Below are positions 7,780 through 15,200 of a stretch of DNA of 64,000 bases, piece by piece. Source of the stretch: a virus. Taxonomy: Duplodnaviria > Caudoviricetes. Every line of letters begins with the position of its first letter. Positions within the stretch are counted from its first letter, which is position 1. A model generated the notes under the pieces. It was not told where the DNA came from. It saw only the letters and a program-made list of their open reading frames with translations, and ran no database searches. The translations under genes were made by a program, and so were the position numbers. The stretch is from the IMG/VR virus record IMGVR_UViG_3300025270_000010, positions 1,666 to 65,665 of that record. One strand, written 5' to 3'.

Positions 7780-8760
7780 ATGACTAAGATATCTTCCCTC
7801 CGCTCCCTCTTTGAAAACACTCAAGCTGGTCTCGATCTCCTCATGGAAATGACCGACGACCAACTGGACAACCGCGAGAAGGTCGCCGAACTGACCTCCG
7901 CCCTACTACAGGAGCGCGAGTCCGCCGACGAACTTGTTGCCGGACTCCGTGAGGTTCACATCGGGTCAGGCCCGAGGGGGATGGGCTACAAGGGAAAGAA
8001 GGCACACCTTGAAGCGTTGCTCGATGAGTTCGCCGAGGCTCGCGACGAAGCGGCGGCCATGCTGGCGAAGGGTGGGGATGCCCGTGCCGAGGCCCGTGTC
8101 GCCAGTGCCGTCGAGGACATCGTGCCTCCCTCGGAAGAGGAAGAGGAAGAGGAAATCCCATCCCTCGCGGACCTCATTGCCGAGAACATCGACGGCTCTT
8201 TTACACCGGAGGACGAGACGCCTGACCCCACTAAGCGGGTGGCTTCACAGCACGACTCTGTTCGGGGGCTTGGTCTCCGCAAGAACGCGGTCAGGGCGCT
8301 TGAGCTGGCCAACATCTACAGCATCGGACAGTTGATCAGTCAAACCCCTGACTATCTTCTCAGCTTGCACCAGTTCGGAGCTGCCTCCATGGAGGATGTG
8401 CAGATAGGTCTCGACGCCCTCGACTTTGAGTGGCCCAACGGGCAGCTCTTCAGGGCGACTGGCGGAGCGGGTGAAACCCCTCTTGGCCGTCTCATCCGTG
8501 GTGACGACCTTTTCCAGACTGAGGAGGAGGAGAACCGCAAGGAGGAAGAGGAGGAGAACCGCAAGGAGGAAGAGGAGGAGAACCGCAAGGAGGAAGAGAA
8601 GCGCAAGGAGGTTCGCCGCCGCAATGCTGCTTACGCACGGGCCTATTATAGGAAGAACCGGAAGAAGATTCTGAAGCAGCAGTCAGTCTACAGGCGGCGG
8701 ACACGCGTTCGCATACAAGATCTGGAGGCCAAGGTGTCCGACGAAAGGGGGGGCCAGTAA
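7780..8760 (+). CDS. protein with RNA polymerase alpha-CTD-like domain and basic C-terminal helix
   Basis: VRGLGLRKNAVRALELANIYSIGQLISQTPDYLLSLHQFGAASMEDV aligns without gaps to the E. coli alpha-CTD (residues 257-303). Confidence 0.8.
   Translation: MTKISSLRSLFENTQAGLDLLMEMTDDQLDNREKVAELTSALLQERESADELVAGLREVHIGSGPRGMGYKGKKAHLEALLDEFAEARDEAAAMLAKGGDARAEARVASAVEDIVPPSEEEEEEEIPSLADLIAENIDGSFTPEDETPDPTKRVASQHDSVRGLGLRKNAVRALELANIYSIGQLISQTPDYLLSLHQFGAASMEDVQIGLDALDFEWPNGQLFRATGGAGETPLGRLIRGDDLFQTEEEENRKEEEEENRKEEEEENRKEEEKRKEVRRRNAAYARAYYRKNRKKILKQQSVYRRRTRVRIQDLEAKVSDERGGQ
8527..8598 (+). repeat. in-frame tandem repeat, 3 x 24 nt (EENRKEEE)
   Basis: GAGGAGAACCGCAAGGAGGAAGAG x3, exact copies. 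Confidence 0.95.
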
Positions 8761-8761
8761 C

Positions 8762-9166
8762 ATGTGGGTATTCACTAACAAAGGATTCTTCTCCATCGTG
8801 GAGGACCGGAACAATTCATACAACCTGCTCGTCCGTGCTCGGATGAAGGGCGACTTGGAGCGCGTCTTCGGTCAATTCCTCAAGCACTATGATCTTGAAG
8901 TTTCCGAGACCACCGACTCCGACTACCGATTCAGGGTCAGCCTCCCGAGGCACACGGTGGACAGCGTCATCTCCGCCGAGGTGGACGGCATCGACTACGA
9001 TAACTTCAAGAATAGTTATAGGGATAACGAGGAGATCCCTCAGACCATCCGGTCCCTCATGCACTACCACATGCACGATGCGTGGGAGGCAATGTGGAAG
9101 GCCCAGAAGAGTGGCCAGACTTACGAAGAGGCTGAAGTAGAAGTCCGTAAGCATTACAGCATCTAA
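8762..9166 (+). CDS. conserved phage hypothetical protein
   Basis: Motif series MWVFT..GF.SIV / LLVRAR / DY.FR / IDY.NFK, typical of a widespread family of unknown function. Confidence 0.75.
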   Translation: MWVFTNKGFFSIVEDRNNSYNLLVRARMKGDLERVFGQFLKHYDLEVSETTDSDYRFRVSLPRHTVDSVISAEVDGIDYDNFKNSYRDNEEIPQTIRSLMHYHMHDAWEAMWKAQKSGQTYEEAEVEVRKHYSI

Positions 9167-9388
9167 CAATTTAATCTTTGGGGTAGCTCCCCAACCGTGA
9201 GTGACTGAACATAGATTAGTCTAGAGTCTAAAAGTGTCTGTGTCTTGAGCGATGTCCAAATGGATGAGCAGAGAGAGCGGAGCGCGAAGTAGCCAAACTG
9301 ATACTTTATCTGGATGGCGAAAAGTTGAGGGTAATAAAAGCAATCCCTCCTCACACCAATTTCCCAAAACAAAAACCATAACAACACT

Positions 9389-9589
9389 ATGACTGACGGC
9401 GAATACACACTAACAGATTTCCGTAACCTGTCCGAGGAGCTTGTCGATCTTGCTGAAAAGATCCGAGGCCAACTCTTGAGCATGGAGCCGACAGGCTTCG
9501 ACCTGACCAAGGGCGATTACCTACGGTTCTTCAGTGGACTCGACTACGTCGGTGCCTCTCTCCCACAACTCGACGCGAAAGGACTGTAA
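9389..9589 (+). CDS. hypothetical protein
   Basis: 66-aa ORF after an A/C-rich leader. Confidence 0.65.
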   Translation: MTDGEYTLTDFRNLSEELVDLAEKIRGQLLSMEPTGFDLTKGDYLRFFSGLDYVGASLPQLDAKGL

Positions 9590-9590
9590 G

Positions 9591-9830
9591 ATGTCCTTGA
9601 TTAAAACCATTGGACAATCTGTTAGAAATGTGTATAATTTCTCCGTGAGTAAAATCATTGATGTGCATAAGTGGCTCCCGTCCCTCAAAAAGAAGGCGGC
9701 CCTGCTCCTCATCGACGAGGAACTCGACAACCTGAAGATCCGCGTAACCGAGATACACATCAGCCCCGTCTTTAAGGATGACCTCCATCGGAGGATCAAG
9801 GCCATCCGTTACCTGCTCAAGAAACTATAA
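9591..9830 (+). CDS. hypothetical protein (79 aa)
   Basis: ATG 1 nt after the upstream stop. Confidence 0.6.
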   Translation: MSLIKTIGQSVRNVYNFSVSKIIDVHKWLPSLKKKAALLLIDEELDNLKIRVTEIHISPVFKDDLHRRIKAIRYLLKKL

Positions 9831-9841
9831 CCCCCGAACCT

Positions 9842-10003
9842 ATGAACTCAGCGACCCTGACCATCAGCACCGACAACGAAACCCAAGCCCGTGAAATCTT
9901 GTCGGTCCTTCAGGAAGCCGAGGAGAGTGGGGAGTTGGATTTCTCGTTCGCTTGCCGGATCGGACAGGTCACCGAGAAGGTCGAATTCGACAACGCCCTT
10001 TAA
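9842..10003 (+). CDS. hypothetical acidic protein (53 aa)
   Basis: MNSATLTISTDNETQAREIL...FDNAL, read manually; below the track length cut-off. Confidence 0.55.
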   Translation: MNSATLTISTDNETQAREILSVLQEAEESGELDFSFACRIGQVTEKVEFDNAL

Positions 10004-10004
10004 C

Positions 10005-10115
10005 GTGAAAAAAGAATTAGCACTTTACGAGACGTTCACACTGGCGCTGTCCGCGTTCGTTGGAACACTGATCCTGATCCACGCGGGCCTAGCCTTGATC
10101 GAATTCCTTACGTAA
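10005..10115 (+). CDS. small membrane peptide (36 aa, GTG start)
   Basis: KKELALYETFTLALSAFVGTLILIHAGLALIEFLT; start 1 nt after the upstream stop. Confidence 0.45.
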   Translation: MKKELALYETFTLALSAFVGTLILIHAGLALIEFLT

Positions 10116-10221
10116 TCCTTTCGAGCCGCTCAGGCATGGTGTGCAGGGAGATCCTGCGACAGGTCAGCTAGTCCTAATGAAACACCTGAGTGGCTCCCCC
10201 CAAAAATATATCATAATGTCC

Positions 10222-10250
10222 TTGACCTAATCCAACCTATCGTGTATACT
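10222..10250 (+). promoter_or_regulatory. sigma70-type promoter
   Basis: TTGACC-17 nt-TATACT with TG extension, 14 nt to ATG10265. Confidence 0.85.
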
Positions 10251-10264
10251 AGCGCCACATTAAA

Positions 10265-11563
10265 ATGAGCAAGACCCTTTTCCCAAAGCAACTGGAAGCG
10301 TTCCGTTTCTTTTACAATCGTCTAACCGCTGGACTCAACACCCTCGACCAGTCCGACATGGGGACAGGCAAGACAGTGGTCGCTGTCAAGCTGGCAGCCG
10401 CCCTCGGCAAACCTATCGTGGTCATCTGCCCCAAGGCGGTCATCCCTGCTTGGAAGCAGGAGTTGGCCGAGGACAACATCACTGCAACCTTCATCCTGAA
10501 CCTTGAAGCCTTGCGGACTGGCAAGTCCGGCCACGTATCCAAGGTAGGCAAGAAGACATTCAAGTGGCTCCTCGACCCCAACACCCTTGTGTTCGTGGAC
10601 GAGATCCACAAGTGCAAGGGGCCGTTCACCCAGAACGCTGCCCTGCTGATCTCCCTCATCAAGCAGGGCTACCTGATCCATGGCATGTCCGGCACCAGTT
10701 GCGAAGACCCCACCGAGATGCGGCCCCTCGGCTTGATGCTTGGCCTCCACTCCGGCGACCAGAAGGCGGACGGCTTGAAGAGGTGGTGGCCGTGGATGCG
10801 GATGTTTGGCTGCGAGAAGAACGAGTGGGGTTCATGGGTTCTGGAAGATCCCTTCCACTTGCCACAACTTCGTCAGGAGATGTATTCCACCAGAGTTCAC
10901 CGACTCACAGTGGATGACTTCCCGACTTCCTTTAAGGAGAACCGTGTGTTCACGGTCCCGATCCAGTTCCGCGAGAACAAGAAAATTGTGAAGGCATACG
11001 AGAGTCTCGGCATCACCCCTCAGATCATCGAGGACTTCATCGAGAAGGGAACCGTGACCGACTCCGAGCATGTCCTCGCCAACATCACTGCAGCCCGACG
11101 ATTGGCCGAGGCGTTCAAGGTTGTGGATCTCGCTGAGATGGCGGAGGATCTCATGGCCAACGGTAAGTCGGTAGTTCTTTTCGTCAATTACAGCGACACG
11201 ATTGACGCCCTCCGGCTTCGCTTGAAGTGCGACCGGATCGACGGGCGGCAGGACGACGCTGACCGACAACGTGTGATCGAAGAGTTCCAACGGGACGAAA
11301 CCCATTGTGTGGCAGTCAACGCCGCCGCTGGTGGGACTGGCATCTCACTGCACGACACGCTTGGCAACCGCCCACGGGTGGCGCTGATCTCCCCGACCTT
11401 CAACTGCAAGACCTACAAGCAAGTGCTCGGTCGCATCCACCGCAACGGCGGGAAGAGTGACGCCCTCCAACAGGTGCTGGTCGCAACGGACTCCATCGAG
11501 GAGCATGTGATGCGAGCCATCGGTCGCCGCCTTTCCAACCTCAACGAACTGCACGGTGTATAA
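10265..11563 (+). CDS. superfamily 2 (SNF2-like) DNA helicase
   Basis: DMGTGKT (motif I), VDEIH (II), SGT (III), QVLGRIHRNG (VI). Confidence 0.9.
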   Translation: MSKTLFPKQLEAFRFFYNRLTAGLNTLDQSDMGTGKTVVAVKLAAALGKPIVVICPKAVIPAWKQELAEDNITATFILNLEALRTGKSGHVSKVGKKTFKWLLDPNTLVFVDEIHKCKGPFTQNAALLISLIKQGYLIHGMSGTSCEDPTEMRPLGLMLGLHSGDQKADGLKRWWPWMRMFGCEKNEWGSWVLEDPFHLPQLRQEMYSTRVHRLTVDDFPTSFKENRVFTVPIQFRENKKIVKAYESLGITPQIIEDFIEKGTVTDSEHVLANITAARRLAEAFKVVDLAEMAEDLMANGKSVVLFVNYSDTIDALRLRLKCDRIDGRQDDADRQRVIEEFQRDETHCVAVNAAAGGTGISLHDTLGNRPRVALISPTFNCKTYKQVLGRIHRNGGKSDALQQVLVATDSIEEHVMRAIGRRLSNLNELHGV

Positions 11564-11780
11564 ACATATCGTCCGCGAACTCTACCCGAACGGGATGCCC
11601 ATGCTGATTCAAGGGGAACTGCACCGTGGGGAATTTGAGGAGGGTCCAGTGGTTGACTCCTATACCTGCAAGATGTATCCGGTCATCGGGAACACGGTGC
11701 TCCCTGCTTCCCCCTCCCTCGACGCCAACTCTCAGCACAAGATCGCCCTCAGACTAACCGACCTTATCCGCAAAAATTAA
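11556..11780 (+). CDS. hypothetical protein
   Basis: 74-aa ORF overlapping the helicase stop. Confidence 0.55.
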   Translation: MYKHIVRELYPNGMPMLIQGELHRGEFEEGPVVDSYTCKMYPVIGNTVLPASPSLDANSQHKIALRLTDLIRKN

Positions 11781-11782
11781 AT

Positions 11783-12028
11783 ATGAGTAACCTAAAAAGA
11801 GACAACTGGACAAACGAAGAAATCCTTAACTTCCTTGAAGGCAGAGAAATTTATACTGATGGTCTGACCGGAGAGGCGAGGGAATTGCACCCAATGCATA
11901 CCCATGCGCTCAATGAAATCCGTGACCTCTTCGGGTCGTTCCAAATAGAATTAGACAGCTACCAAGCCCTAGCTTATGACACCGACACGAAGGAGATTGT
12001 CCATGTTGGCCCGATGCCCCCCCGTTAA
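11783..12028 (+). CDS. hypothetical protein
   Basis: 81-aa ORF, coupled to the previous gene. Confidence 0.65.
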   Translation: MSNLKRDNWTNEEILNFLEGREIYTDGLTGEARELHPMHTHALNEIRDLFGSFQIELDSYQALAYDTDTKEIVHVGPMPPR

Positions 12029-12067
12029 CCCCCCAACGTCTAACCGACATTATCCGCAAAAATTAAA

Positions 12068-12256
12068 ATGACATTATCTAAACTGCAAAGCCGCCAAGCC
12101 ACCGAGCACCAGAAACGTGCCGACGAAATCATCAAGAACGTAGCCAACCGCAAGTGGTCGAAGGACACCCTCGCCAAGAACCTCGACGCTCTCTACCTGA
12201 TGGGCATGAGGCACGGCTGGGAGGCTGCCAAGCTCGGCATCGAGGGCGAGGACTAA
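12068..12256 (+). CDS. hypothetical protein
   Basis: 62-aa ORF converging on the giant gene. Confidence 0.65.
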   Translation: MTLSKLQSRQATEHQKRADEIIKNVANRKWSKDTLAKNLDALYLMGMRHGWEAAKLGIEGED

Positions 12257-15200
12257 TCGTCCAGCTTCAGGAACCTTGGGTTCTCCGAGTGTTCATCCAT
12301 CAGCCACTTGAGTCTTTGCTGTCCTTGTGGTGTCTTCATCAGGGTCTCGACGAGGTCGGTGGTTGGGACCGGATTCTCCATGAACCCTGCGAAGAGTAGC
12401 TTGGATCTCCGCTCCCCGTATCGCGCCCCGCGTAGTTGCTGGTAGAGGTCGTAGTTGTTGACGCCGAGTCCGTTGAACCCGCGCATGGCCTGTGCCAGTT
12501 TGCTGTTGATCCTCATGCGGGACTTCCTGATGTCCCTGTGGATGCTCCTGACCTCGCCCTCACCCATGCCCTTGGTCTGCTTGAGCTTGTTGAACCTCTG
12601 CTGGACGCGCCGTTGCTCGTCCCTCAGTTGGTATACAACCCGAGAGAACTGGTCGGCTGGGTCATTTGAGCGGGGCCTTACCGGATAAAACTCACTCATA
12701 ATTATCCCGAACGGGGAGTCAGCGAACTTGTCCACCTCTCCTCCCGCTGCCTTCCACGCCTCGTGGAACTTCATCGGGGTCCGTGGGCCGTAAGCCTCCT
12801 TGCCGACGTAGCCCACCATCTTGGCCGTCTTCCGCCACAGCGGGTCCGACTCCTCGTAGATCGGCCTGCCCGATCTGGCGTCTCGGTTTTCCTTAACGTC
12901 GATGATAGATCCGGCAAGGATCTGATCCCCGAGGTATGGCTCAAGGAACGAGGCCGTGATGATCTTCTCGGCTGCGACCATCGGCTCGCCCCTCACGAGG
13001 TGCTCCATCCCACGGAGGAACGGGTCAGCAATCACGGCGAACGGGTTCAGGTAGGTGAGGTCGAACGTGGTGAGGTCTCCCTCTTCGCCCCCTGCCAAAG
13101 CTCGCGCCCCTGCTGCGACATTGACGCCCAGTATTTTCTTGTCCCCCCTGAAGTAATAGAAAGTATGATTTCTGAGATAAGGGGGAAGGGACATGCGGAA
13201 CGCCTCGTCCTCATCCTCGCCCATGTCGGACAGGAGTTTCTGAAGTAGAACAGGCATCGCGGTTGAGAACGCCGCCACCAACCCGAGGCCCGACATGCGC
13301 TGCCTACCACGAGACTTGATGACAGGGTTAGCGTCATGTATCTCCTTCCTTGCCAGCGTGAATGTGTTCACCGCGATTCGTGGAACCTCCGCCGTGAACC
13401 GGATGAACGGTGCGACGAGGAGTCCCCAACTGGACCCACTGATCTTCTTGATGACTGGGAGAGCACGGGCGTAGGACTGAGCGGTGGCCGAGATGATGTC
13501 GGCGGCGTGTTGCTTCCGCTGCATAGGGGACATGAGGGAATACTTCCGGTCCCCCTTCGGCATCCCCTTCTCAGCTTCGGCTGCTTTCTCGATGACCGCC
13601 AACTCGTGCTCGTAATATCCTATCTTGTAAAACGAGTCCATTGCGGACCCGAGGCGAGCGGCGGTATTCTGAATAGATTGTAACGCCTTAAACCCCTTGG
13701 CGGTCGCTGCCTTCTTGTTGAGTTTTTGTAGTTGGTCTTCAAGGGACACGAACGTCTCCTCGCCTTGCATCAGCTTGAGCATGATCTCGGACCTGACCTC
13801 GTCACCGAACACGCCGAGAGACTCAAGCTCGCGCAGGTATGCACTGCTACGGGCCGCGTTCCCTTTGAACGCCCTGCCCGTAGCCATGAGCGCGGACATG
13901 CCCGTCCCCTCGGTGGGGTTGCCGGAGACGAGGGACTTGCCTGCCCCCCAGTATCCTTGCGCGGGTCCAAAGAAGAGCACGTTACTGAGCATGTTGCGGA
14001 GGTAGAATCCTACCGAACCCAACGTCTTGGCAGCCATGGCGAAGCCCGTCGCCTTCTGGGCGTAGGTCATCGCGTTGTGCAGCGCCCGAGAGGACGCGTC
14101 GTTAGGCTCCCTGATGGTCTGCTGGAACATGGGCCGGATGTCTTCGTGAACGTCCCTGTCCACCCACATTCCGGCCAACGGGTTCAGCCCACTGTCAGCA
14201 CCGGAGGATATGATTTGCCTCATCGAACTGATGCGGTCGAACTCCTCCTTCGTCTTGGCATTCTTGAGGGCGTCTTCCTTCTGCTGGTGGGTCATAAGCC
14301 ACCCGCCAACTTCACCTTGCTGCCTCATCTTATTAAGGAATGACTGGTGGGCGGCGATCTTGGAGACCGTTCCCAGCGTGTAGAGCAACGAGTCTACGCT
14401 GTCCTCCGGCACGTTGTTTGCACCCATCAGGTCCGCGAGCGGCTTCGGGATCTCAGCCCTGCCCTCAAGATTCTTGGTCAGTGCCTTGAGAGAATCAGAC
14501 ATTCTGGCAGGGAGGGAGGCAGGCTTACCTGCCAAGTCGAACGCCGACGCGAAGTCCACTGGACCCGTTTCAGTTTCATACGACTGGAGAAAGTCTCTTG
14601 CCATCTGGTAGCCCAAGGACTGTCCGGCCTGTTCCCTGCTGTCGTATAGTGCTTCGGCGGCAGCACGGGCATCGGAGTCTGATCTGCCACTTGCTCTAAA
14701 CTTGTCATACTCAAACTTGATGAACTGGTCCCGCATGAAGTCGATGGCCGTGTCCCTGATGGCCTTGTCGTTTGCAGACTCCGACGTAAGTATACGCTCG
14801 ACGTAGTCGGTGTCGGAGAACATGTGATACCTGCGCGTGACGTAAAGCCCCATATTGTTATCGAACTTAACGCTCAGGTCTTTCGCGGAGAACACCCCGA
14901 ACAACTTCTTGGCTTCCTTGGACAACTCATCTGTCAGCCTGCGGAGGTCGAGCAGGACGGGGAACAGGTTGGGGGCGGTGGCCCGTAGCCTGTCGAACGC
15001 CTCGTTCCTGTCCTTGATCATGTCCGCCTTCTTCGTCTCAAACGACTTGTCCTTGGCGGCTTCATATTTTTGCTGGGCCGCTTCGTCGGCGGCTCCCTTG
15101 GTAGTCCCGAGCGCGTCCTTCGTCGCTCTTTGTTTCGCCCTGCGAGCGTCTGCCGCTGCCCTGTATAGCGGCTTGCGCTTGTCTAGGTCTGGTTCGGCGG

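Noticed and set aside
8600-8760. bZIP-like appearance (RRRNAAYAR...IQDLEAKV)
   Set aside because: No sustained leucine heptad repeat; better explained by the phage YY-basic helix motif
10123-10196. Hammerhead ribozyme (TAATGAAAC)
   Set aside because: The CUGANGA core is absent
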